Source: Parcubacteria bacterium DG_74_1 (GTDB lineage: Bacteria > Patescibacteriota > Minisyncoccia > Minisyncoccales > DG-74-1). Taken from it: a stretch of 64,000 nucleotides of DNA. The notes under the pieces were generated by a model. That model searched no databases. It was not told the origin of the DNA and saw only the letters and a program-made list of their open reading frames with translations. This document shows positions 55,901-64,000 of this stretch, one piece after another. Position numbers and translations under genes: made by a program. The stretch's first letter is position 1; every line of letters begins with the position of its first letter. Location: contig LJNE01000002.1 in the NCBI GenBank assembly GCA_001303125.1, forward strand, positions 35,564-99,563, written 5' to 3'.

Positions 55901-58900
55901 AGTCGGTTTTCCTAAAGCCAGTTCCTGCCGGAATTAGCTTTCCAATAATCACATTTTCTTTTAATCCTCTCAATTTATCTTCCTTGCCTTCGATGGCTGC
56001 CTTAATCAAAACTCGCGAGGTCTCTTGAAAAGAAGCGGCTGATAAAAAGGAATCAGTAGTCAAAGCCACTCGGGAAATGCCAAGCAAAATCGGGGCCCCC
56101 TTAGCAGGTTTTTTCTTTTCCTTCTTTAACCTGGCATTTTCTTCTAAAAATTTTGCTTTCTCAACGACCTCGCTGGCCGTGAAAAAGGAGTCACCAGGCT
56201 CTTTAACTCTGATTCGGGAAAATATCTGCCGAACTATTAGTTCTAGGTGTTTGTCATGAATCTGGGCTCCCTGAGAAATATAAATCGTCTGGATTTCCTT
56301 AATCATATACCGCCAACTTTCTTCTATGCCCGCTAACTTAAAAACTTCTTTCAGGTCTAAGCTTCCTTCGCAAAGCGGTTGGCCGGCTTTCACCTTTTGA
56401 CCTTCTTTAACCCAAATGGCGCAGGGAGCGGGAATTTGATATTCAAGAATTTCAGTTTTGCGCTTTTTTGATACCTTCGCCGATGAGTCGGATTTCTTAG
56501 GTTTTATTTTTACTATCTTTTGAGGAGTGATCTCAACTACCGTTCCTTCGGCTGCAGCTATTTCCGCCTTGCCTGAAGGTGTCCTGGCTTCAAAAATTTC
56601 CTGAACTCTAGGCAAGCCGAAAGTAATATCACCTCCGCCAGCTACTCCACCTGCATGGAAAGTTCTCATAGTCAATTGAGTTCCCGGTTCGCCAATTGCC
56701 TGAGCAGCAACAATTCCGACTGCCTCGCCGACTCTAACTAATTTATTATATCCTAAATCCCAGCCGTAACATTTTTGGCAGACCCCTCTTAAGGATTGAC
56801 AACTTAAAACCGAGCGGACCTTTATTTTTTCCAATCCTTTTTTAATTATTTTTTCTCCTTTTTCCCAGTCAATAACTTCTCCTTTCTTCAAAACACCTCG
56901 AATATCTTCAAGAGAAACTCGGCCAATTATTTTTTCTAAAAAATTCTGGCCAATTTCGTCTGCATCCCGTTTGAAAATCTCAATTCCGTTTTCTGTCTTA
57001 CAATCTTCTTCTGAAATGACTATTTCATGAGCAACGTCAACTAACCTTCGGGTTAAATAACCAGCTGTGGAAGTTCGCAGGGCAGTGTCGGCCGTTCCTT
57101 TTCTAGCGCCATGAGTTGAGATAAAGTATTCCAAAACACCAAATCCTTCTTTATAAGAATTTTTGACCGGCAACTCAATAATCTGGCCTAAGGGATTAAT
57201 CACCAATCCTTTCATTCCGGTCATCTGAACCGGCTGGCCCCAGCTACCTCGGGCTCCGGCATCAACGATTTGAAAAACTGGCCCATCTGGAGGCAGGGTT
57301 TCAGGGACCTGAATTTCAATCTCGCTTTTGGCTTTTGTCCAAATGCCGATGATCTTAGCTTGTTTCTCTTCTTCGGACAACAATCCTTTTTTGAAATGTT
57401 CTTCAATTTTTTCGACTTCTTTTTCCGCTTCTTTTATAATCCTTTCTTTCTCAGCCGGAATTATCAGGTCGTCTATCCCCCAAGATATACCGGAAACCGT
57501 CGCATATTCAAATCCCAGGTCTTTAATTTTATCCAAGGTTTCTTCCAGGATCCGAGGGTCATATTTCTCAATTATTTCGGCTACGATTGCTTCTATGTCC
57601 CGAACCCGAATTTGTTTATTTTGAAAAGGAAAATTACTCGGCAGGGCCTGATTAAATAAAATTCTTCCGACGCTCGTTTCGTATAATGGCTCGTCTATAG
57701 ATTTAATCTTTGCGCATTTTATTTTAGCTCGTAAGTCAATGTCGCCGAATTCATAAGCCAAAATCGCTTCTTCCGGGCTGGCAAAAACCTTTCCTTCTCC
57801 TTTAAGCCCTCCTTCTTTAAGCTTCCTTTTGCCTTCAATAGTCCGAGTATCAGCGAGAGCAGGAAAAGATAATTTATCCTCTTCGAGTATCCTAGTCATC
57901 CAATAACAACCAAGGACAATATCTTGATAAAGAGTAACAACTGGTGTGCCAGTAGCCGGCTTCAATAAGTTTAAGCTGGCCAACATTCTCTCTCTAGCTT
58001 CCTTTTGAGCCATCTCGGATAAGGGTAAATGGACAGCCATCTGGTCGCCGTCAAAATCAGCATTAAAAGACCTACAGACCATAGGATGAATCCGAATTGA
58101 CTCGCCTTCAATCAATATTGGGTAAAATGACTGAATACCTAATCGATGCAGAGTTGGCGCTCGATTAAGCAAAACCAGTTTTTCTTTAACTACTTCTTCT
58201 AAATTTGCCCAAACCTCGTCTGTTTCTTCGTCAATCAGCCGAGAAGCGGCCCGAACATTAAAGGCTAACTCTTTTTCTAAAATCTTTTTGATAACGAAAG
58301 GTTTAAAAAGCTCCAACGCCATTCTTTTGGGAATTCCTACCTGGTTGATTTTTAATTCTGGGCCAACCACAATCACTGACCGGCCGGAATAATCAACTCT
58401 TTTACCTAAAAGGTTTTGGCGGAATCTTCCCTGTTTGCCCTTGAGCATATCGGACAAGGACTTAAGTAACCTTCTCCCGCCAGTGGTAGCCTGAGTCAAG
58501 GTTCCTTTTCTCATACCGTTGTCGATCAAAGCATCCACCGCTTCCTGCAACATCCTTTTTTCATTTCTGACAATTACCTCTGGAGCATTAATTTCTAATA
58601 AATATTTCAGCCGATTATTTCTGTTAATTACCCGACGATATAGATCGTTCAAATCCGAAGAAGCGTACCTACCTCCGTCCAATTGAACCATCGGTCTTAA
58701 ATCCGGCGGCAATACCGGTAAGACAGTCAAAAACATCCATTCCGGCCGGACTCCCGAACGTATCATTCCCTGAAATAATTTTAATCTTCTCAAACTTTTC
58801 CTCCTCGCTTCCGGAGCTAGCGTTTCCATTTCTTTTTTAAGGTCTTTAGTTTCTTTTTTCAAATCAATGTTCTCAAAAATTTTTCTCAGCGTTTCAGCTC

Positions 58901-59555
58901 CCGTTCCCGCTTCAAAAACCTCGCCATATTTTAAAGCCAACCTATGATAATCTATCTCAGATAAAACTTTTAAAGGTTTGATTGCCGAAAGTTCTTCTAT
59001 CGCCGAAGTCCTAGCTGAAGAAAGTGCTTTACCGCTAGTTGACTTTAAGCTACTAACTTTTGCCTTTGATTTTTTGGCTTTTAGTTTTGATTTGTATTCT
59101 TTCTCTATCTCTTCTAAGACCTTCTTCTTGGCTTCTTCGTTAACGCTGGTAATGACGAAGGAAGCAAAATAAATCACTTTTTCTAGTTGCTGCATGGGCA
59201 GATCTAGAATCATCCCCATTCTTGAAGGGACCCCCCTTAAAAACCAAATGTGGCTTACCGGAGTGGCTAATTTAATATGGCCCATTCTTTCTCTCCGAAC
59301 TGCGGCTTTGGTCACTTCTACCCCGCATCTGTCACAAACAATCCCTTTGTAGCGGATTCTTTTATATTTCCCGCAATAACATTCATAGTCTTTTTCGGGG
59401 CCAAAAATCTTCTCGCAAAAAAGACCATCCTTTTCCGCACGCTGAGTCCGGTAATTAATGGTTTCTGGTTTTATCACTTCGCCACGCGACCAACTCAAGA
59501 TCTCCTCAGGTGAGGCAATCTTTATTCTTATTGCGTCAAGGTCTTGTACGCGCAT
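55899..59555 (-). CDS. rpoC: RNA polymerase beta' subunit
   Basis: NADFDGD, zinc-finger Cys residues, GEPGTQLTMRTFH. Confidence 0.98.
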   Translation of the reverse strand: MRVQDLDAIRIKIASPEEILSWSRGEVIKPETINYRTQRAEKDGLFCEKIFGPEKDYECYCGKYKRIRYKGIVCDRCGVEVTKAAVRRERMGHIKLATPVSHIWFLRGVPSRMGMILDLPMQQLEKVIYFASFVITSVNEEAKKKVLEEIEKEYKSKLKAKKSKAKVSSLKSTSGKALSSARTSAIEELSAIKPLKVLSEIDYHRLALKYGEVFEAGTGAETLRKIFENIDLKKETKDLKKEMETLAPEARRKSLRRLKLFQGMIRSGVRPEWMFLTVLPVLPPDLRPMVQLDGGRYASSDLNDLYRRVINRNNRLKYLLEINAPEVIVRNEKRMLQEAVDALIDNGMRKGTLTQATTGGRRLLKSLSDMLKGKQGRFRQNLLGKRVDYSGRSVIVVGPELKINQVGIPKRMALELFKPFVIKKILEKELAFNVRAASRLIDEETDEVWANLEEVVKEKLVLLNRAPTLHRLGIQSFYPILIEGESIRIHPMVCRSFNADFDGDQMAVHLPLSEMAQKEARERMLASLNLLKPATGTPVVTLYQDIVLGCYWMTRILEEDKLSFPALADTRTIEGKRKLKEGGLKGEGKVFASPEEAILAYEFGDIDLRAKIKCAKIKSIDEPLYETSVGRILFNQALPSNFPFQNKQIRVRDIEAIVAEIIEKYDPRILEETLDKIKDLGFEYATVSGISWGIDDLIIPAEKERIIKEAEKEVEKIEEHFKKGLLSEEEKQAKIIGIWTKAKSEIEIQVPETLPPDGPVFQIVDAGARGSWGQPVQMTGMKGLVINPLGQIIELPVKNSYKEGFGVLEYFISTHGARKGTADTALRTSTAGYLTRRLVDVAHEIVISEEDCKTENGIEIFKRDADEIGQNFLEKIIGRVSLEDIRGVLKKGEVIDWEKGEKIIKKGLEKIKVRSVLSCQSLRGVCQKCYGWDLGYNKLVRVGEAVGIVAAQAIGEPGTQLTMRTFHAGGVAGGGDITFGLPRVQEIFEARTPSGKAEIAAAEGTVVEITPQKIVKIKPKKSDSSAKVSKKRKTEILEYQIPAPCAIWVKEGQKVKAGQPLCEGSLDLKEVFKLAGIEESWRYMIKEIQTIYISQGAQIHDKHLELIVRQIFSRIRVKEPGDSFFTASEVVEKAKFLEENARLKKEKKKPAKGAPILLGISRVALTTDSFLSAASFQETSRVLIKAAIEGKEDKLRGLKENVIIGKLIPAGTGFRKTD

Positions 59556-59579
59556 AATGATTTATTTAGTGTTAGGGAT

Positions 59580-62500
59580 TTATTTTTTTTCTTCCTCTTT
59601 TGGCTTTTCTTTTACTTCTACTGACAGCCCTAACGACTTCAATTCCGCCACTAATAAATTAAACGATGCGGGCACATTGGGTGGTTTTATCTCTTCTCCT
59701 TTTAAAATTGCTTCGTAAGTAGCTGCCCTACCTGGGACATCGTCGGATTTTATAGTCAACATTTCCTGTAAAGTGTGAGCGGCCCCGTATCCTTCTAAAG
59801 CCCAAACTTCCATCTCGCCAAACCGCTGACCGCCAAACTGGGCCTTGCCTCCTAAGGGTTGCTGGGTAATCAAAGAATAAGGACCGATACTTCTCATATG
59901 AATTTTATCTTCCACCATATGAATTAATTTCACCATATAGATGTTGCCCACGCTAATTTTTTCCTGAAAAGGCAAACCAGATCTACCGTCATACAAAACT
60001 AGTTTACCGTCTTCTGAGAATCCGGCTCTTTTCAGTTCTTCTTTAATATCTCCTTCGGTAGCCCCGGAAAAGGAAGGTGAGATAGCATGATACTCCAATT
60101 TTTTAGCTGCCCAGCCCAGATGAGTTTCTAAAATTTGGCCTAAATTCATCCTGGAAACAACGCCAATGGGATTTAAGACTATGTCCACGGGCGTGCCGTC
60201 TTGCAAAAAGGGCATTTCCTCCTCTGGTAAAACGCGGGAAACTACACCTTTGTTACCATGCCGGCCGGATAATTTGTCCCCGGCCTGAATTTTTCTCAAT
60301 TCAGCTATCTCAACTTCAATTCTTTTAATCACCCCGGGTTCTAATTTGTGACCAAGGTCTCGGGAAAAAAGCTTCACCCCAACCACTCTCCCTCTTTTTC
60401 CATGCTCCATCAAAAGAGAAGTATCTTTAACTTCCCTGGCTTTTTCGCCAAAAATCGCCCGTAACAACCTTTCTTCGGCAGTCAATTCTTGTTCCCCTTT
60501 GGGCGAAATTTTACCAACTAAAATGTCGTTAGGCCCCACTTCAGCCCCAATCCTGATAACTCCTTCTTCGTCAAGGTCTTTTAATTTTTCTTCCGAAACA
60601 TTAGGTATGTCAGCCGTAGTTGTTTCCGGTCCTAATTTTGTCTCCCGGACGTCGCAACTAAAACTCTCAATATGAACTGAGGTATAGACGTCATCTTTAA
60701 CCAGTCTTTCAGAGATCAAAATGGCATCTTCGAAATTGCCTCCCCGCCAGGGCATGAAAGCCACCAAGATGTTTTTACCCAAAGACAAAAATCCTTGAGA
60801 AATTCCTCCGCCGTCAGCCAGCAGTTGGCCTTTTTTAATCCTTTGGCCTTTTTTTACCTGTGGCTTTTGATGAAAGCAAGTATATTGATTGGTTCTGATG
60901 AAAGTTCGCAGGTTATAGGTTTTAGGTTTCAGGTTTTTAGTTTTTATTGTAATGTGATTAGCATCGACATCGGTGACAATTCCGTCCTCTCCGGCAGTAA
61001 CTGCCTGGCCCGAGTCCCGGGCTACTTTCTCTTCATTCCCGGTCATCACCAAGGGCGGTTCAGGGTTAACCAAAGGAACAGCCTGACGTTGCATATTGGA
61101 ACCCATGAGAGCTCGGTTGGCATCGTCATTAGCTAAAAAGGGTATCAAGGAAGTAGCCACCGAAATAAACTGCTCCGGCGAGACATCAATGAAATCAATC
61201 TTCCCCCTGTCTGAGAGGCCTGGCTCTCCTTTGATTCTGGCTTCTACTTTTTGGGGAATAATTTTCCTCTTTTCATTAATCGGGACGCCACCCGAAGCAA
61301 TATTGTATCTTTCTTCTTCATAAGCATTAAGGTAAACAAGCTCGGATGTTACTTGGCCGTTTTTAACTCTGAAATAAGGAGTTTCTAGAAACCCGTAGGG
61401 ATTAACCCGAGCAAAACACGCCAGGTGGCTGACTAATCCAATATTCGGACCTTCCGGCGTTTGAATGGGGCAAATCCGGCCATAATGAGAAGGCTGAACA
61501 TCTCTCACTTCAAAGCCGGCCCTTTCTCTGGCTAGTCCGCCCGGCCCAGTGGATGACAATCTTCTTTTATGTTCCAATTCGGCCAAGGGGTTCTCATTGT
61601 CCATAAATTGAGACATCTGAGAGGAGGTGAAAAATTCCTTGACTACAGCCATGACCGGCCGAGGGTTGATTAATTGAATTGGTGTCAGGGTAAAAGTATC
61701 AAGGGTTGACATTCTGTCTTTGATAATTCTTTCCATTCTCACCAGGCCGACTCTTATTCTGTTAATCAATAATTCATTAAAAATTCTCACCCGGCGATTC
61801 CCTAAGTGATCAATTTGGTCGGGCATGGCCCCGGGCGTATTGTTCAATCTGATTATCTCACGCAATACAGCCACCACATCTTCTGGCTTTAAAACCCTAT
61901 CTTGGGTTGTAATTTCTTTGTTTAATTTTGGATTTTGTGTTTTGAAGCCCGGTAAGCGTTGGCTCATTCTCCATCTACCCACTTTGGAAATATCGTATCT
62001 TTCAAAATTAAAAAACATATTCCAAATCAGTTCCCGGGCAGTGTCCGGCGTGGCTAAATCACCTGGTCTCAGTCTTTGATAAACTTCAACCACGGCTTCA
62101 GCCTGATTCTTGGTTGAATCTTTCTTTAAGGTTTCCTCAATATAGTTAATTTCACCTTTATTAACGTCCTGAAACTTTTCTTTGATACTTAAATCATCAG
62201 CAATTCCAAAAGCCCGCAACAAGGTAGTAGCCGCCACTTTTCTCTTCCTATCAATTTTCACTCCGATAAAACCTGAATTTTCCGTTTCAAATTCTAGCCA
62301 AGCACCGCGATTGGGAATAATTTTCGCCCCGAAAAATTTCTTACCGGCAATCTGCTGACTGGCAAAGAAGGCTCCCGGGGAACGTATTAGCTGAGAAATA
62401 GCTACTCTTTCCACGCCGTTGACAATAAAAGTTCCCCTTTCTGTCATTAAGGGGAAATCGGTTAAAAAAACTTCTTGTTCTTTGATTTCTTTGGTCTTAA

Positions 62501-62783
62501 GATTGACCAATTTCGTTCTAACTCGTAGGGGCGCCTCAAAGGAATCATTATTCTGTTTTGCCTCCAAGTCGGTTTTGTATTTGGATTCTCCCAGTTTAAA
62601 ATCCAGAAACCAAAGCTCAAGTTCTTTCTTGGTGTAATCCCGAATCGGAGAGATTTCCTGAAATAATTCTTTTAAGTCTCTCTGCCAAAAGAGATCCCAG
62701 TTCTCCTTTTCTAGGCCTAAAAGATAGGGTAGCCCAAGGGAAACCCTTGCTTTCCCAAAATTTTTTACACGAAGCTCCCTCAT
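59580..62783 (-). CDS. rpoB: RNA polymerase beta subunit
   Basis: GDKLSGRHGNKG, GGQRFGEME. Confidence 0.98.
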   Translation of the reverse strand: MRELRVKNFGKARVSLGLPYLLGLEKENWDLFWQRDLKELFQEISPIRDYTKKELELWFLDFKLGESKYKTDLEAKQNNDSFEAPLRVRTKLVNLKTKEIKEQEVFLTDFPLMTERGTFIVNGVERVAISQLIRSPGAFFASQQIAGKKFFGAKIIPNRGAWLEFETENSGFIGVKIDRKRKVAATTLLRAFGIADDLSIKEKFQDVNKGEINYIEETLKKDSTKNQAEAVVEVYQRLRPGDLATPDTARELIWNMFFNFERYDISKVGRWRMSQRLPGFKTQNPKLNKEITTQDRVLKPEDVVAVLREIIRLNNTPGAMPDQIDHLGNRRVRIFNELLINRIRVGLVRMERIIKDRMSTLDTFTLTPIQLINPRPVMAVVKEFFTSSQMSQFMDNENPLAELEHKRRLSSTGPGGLARERAGFEVRDVQPSHYGRICPIQTPEGPNIGLVSHLACFARVNPYGFLETPYFRVKNGQVTSELVYLNAYEEERYNIASGGVPINEKRKIIPQKVEARIKGEPGLSDRGKIDFIDVSPEQFISVATSLIPFLANDDANRALMGSNMQRQAVPLVNPEPPLVMTGNEEKVARDSGQAVTAGEDGIVTDVDANHITIKTKNLKPKTYNLRTFIRTNQYTCFHQKPQVKKGQRIKKGQLLADGGGISQGFLSLGKNILVAFMPWRGGNFEDAILISERLVKDDVYTSVHIESFSCDVRETKLGPETTTADIPNVSEEKLKDLDEEGVIRIGAEVGPNDILVGKISPKGEQELTAEERLLRAIFGEKAREVKDTSLLMEHGKRGRVVGVKLFSRDLGHKLEPGVIKRIEVEIAELRKIQAGDKLSGRHGNKGVVSRVLPEEEMPFLQDGTPVDIVLNPIGVVSRMNLGQILETHLGWAAKKLEYHAISPSFSGATEGDIKEELKRAGFSEDGKLVLYDGRSGLPFQEKISVGNIYMVKLIHMVEDKIHMRSIGPYSLITQQPLGGKAQFGGQRFGEMEVWALEGYGAAHTLQEMLTIKSDDVPGRAATYEAILKGEEIKPPNVPASFNLLVAELKSLGLSVEVKEKPKEEEKK

Positions 62784-62919
62784 ATTTTCTAAAATAAGCT
62801 AAAAAATACCCTAAGAACCTTTTTCTTTAGGGCAAGATTTTTATTTAGTTTTTTAAATAGAAATAACCAAGTCGAAAAAAATGTAATATATAAAAAGGGG
62901 GTTTTTAAAAACCATTAAT

Positions 62920-62948
62920 ATTATATTCCTTCCGCTAAAGGCTGTCAA
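62920..62948 (-). promoter_or_regulatory. Consensus sigma70 promoter for rpoBC
   Basis: TTGACA (62943-62948), 17-bp spacer, TATAAT (62920-62925). Confidence 0.85.
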
Positions 62949-62953
62949 GGCCT

Positions 62954-64000
62954 TTAGGGCTCACTCGGGGCTGGCTCTTCTGGTTCTACCTGCCCTTCTT
63001 CCTCTTCTTCCTCTGGCTCCTCTGATTCTTCCTGTTCTTCCTGTTCCTCTGGTTCTTCTGGTTCGGCCTGTCTTTTCAGTGTTTCCAGCTTCTGAATTAC
63101 ATCTTGATTGCCAGGATTCAATTCTAAAACCCGTTCAAAAACCAAAATTGCCTCTGGGATCCGGTCCTGCGCAACATAAGCCACTCCCAGAGAATAAAGA
63201 GCGTTAGAGTGCTGCGGCACCAGAAGCGCTACTACCCCAAATAACTCAATCGCCTCGTCAATTCTGCCAGCATTATAATAAAGCCGGCCTAACTGAAAAT
63301 GAGCTTCAATATTCCAAGGCTCTCTAGTAATTAAATTTTCCAGTCTTGCTATGGCTTCTTCTAAAATATCTTCTCTTTCTAAAACTAATGCCTCCTGAAT
63401 TATAGCATCGGCATAATCCGGTTTTTCCTCTAGGGCTTTTTGGAAATATTCTCTAGCTTTTTGTTCGTCTTCCAAAACAAGATAAAGCTTACCCAATTCA
63501 GTATAAATAACCGGGTTGGCCGGCTCTAAAAGAGCAGCTCTTTCAAAAGATTTAATTCCCCAGTCGGTAGCTCCAGCAGCTACTGTTCTAATATCTCGAT
63601 AAATCACTCCCAGTCCCTCCCAGGCCACTACCCGATTGGGAGAAATCTGACTTGCTGTTTTAGCCTCACTGATGGCTTTGGCCACCCTATTTTGAATCTT
63701 TACTAAATCTTGTTCAGCTATTGTTGCTACTGGTTCCCTCATTTCATTTAGGGCATCTTCAAGATAAGTCCTGGCCTCTGCTATGCGGTATTCTATTCTC
63801 CAAGGACTCAAACTGACTGCTTTTTCTAAATTTTGGATTCTGGTATTTAAGTCCGGAATTTGCCCATCCTGAATTTGGCTGGAGAAATGGTAATAGCAGT
63901 CTGCCATATAGAATTTTACTCCAAAAAAGTAGGTCCCGAAAAAGCCAAGAGTGATTATAGCCAGCAATACACTAAATACTAAACCCATCTCTGAAAAATC
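62954..64000 (-). CDS. TPR-repeat membrane protein with acidic tail, probably 5' partial
   Basis: Multiple TPRs; the frame stays open past the ORF-track start (63988) to the window edge. Confidence 0.8.
   Translation of the reverse strand, partial: DFSEMGLVFSVLLAIITLGFFGTYFFGVKFYMADCYYHFSSQIQDGQIPDLNTRIQNLEKAVSLSPWRIEYRIAEARTYLEDALNEMREPVATIAEQDLVKIQNRVAKAISEAKTASQISPNRVVAWEGLGVIYRDIRTVAAGATDWGIKSFERAALLEPANPVIYTELGKLYLVLEDEQKAREYFQKALEEKPDYADAIIQEALVLEREDILEEAIARLENLITREPWNIEAHFQLGRLYYNAGRIDEAIELFGVVALLVPQHSNALYSLGVAYVAQDRIPEAILVFERVLELNPGNQDVIQKLETLKRQAEPEEPEEQEEQEESEEPEEEEEEGQVEPEEPAPSEP

Noticed and set aside
1624-62637. Numerous short plus-strand ORFs antisense to minus-strand genes
   Set aside because: Fully overlapped by well-supported conserved genes; typical antisense shadows
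55899-62783. Inteins or introns in rpoB/rpoC (and recA)
   Set aside because: Lengths are normal or short; the insertions are under 30 aa and lack splicing motifs

Overview
Core chromosomal segment of a Patescibacteria/CPR bacterium. The Parcubacteria-like, possibly Nealsonbacteria-like assignment is inferred from shortened core proteins, the VirD4-like gene pair, the ECF/DUF5667 pair and weak Shine-Dalgarno use. Almost all genes lie on the minus strand. From left to right: the 3' end of a carbamoyltransferase, RNase P RNA, rnhA, a RecJ-like DHH protein, pgk, a VirD4/TraD-like ATPase with partner, secD-metK-secF, secA, a polyamine locus (speE, speD, a broken speD paralogue and a tiny polybasic leader ORF) and murB. 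Next comes a ~21 kb surface-glycan cluster running from an HTH regulator and WbpABDE-type genes to an O-antigen-ligase/TPR gene, directly downstream of a probable S-layer/major surface protein and a metallopeptidase. The right part holds an ECF sigma/anti-sigma pair, htrA-clpB with an inactive protease paralogue, a phosphomannomutase, ychF-rpsF-ssb-rpsR, recA, ftsK and rpoBC. The most notable unexplained signals are: (i) two adjacent promoter-driven small structured RNAs upstream of murB with two blocks of mutual complementarity; (ii) an MPKKRKKKKKR leader ORF, a terminator and a three-way-junction RNA upstream of the polyamine genes; (iii) 10-bp tandem repeats over the promoter of the HTH gene heading the glycan cluster; (iv) short palindromic and 7-nt periodic insertions inside essential genes. 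All calls come from reading the sequence; no searches were run.
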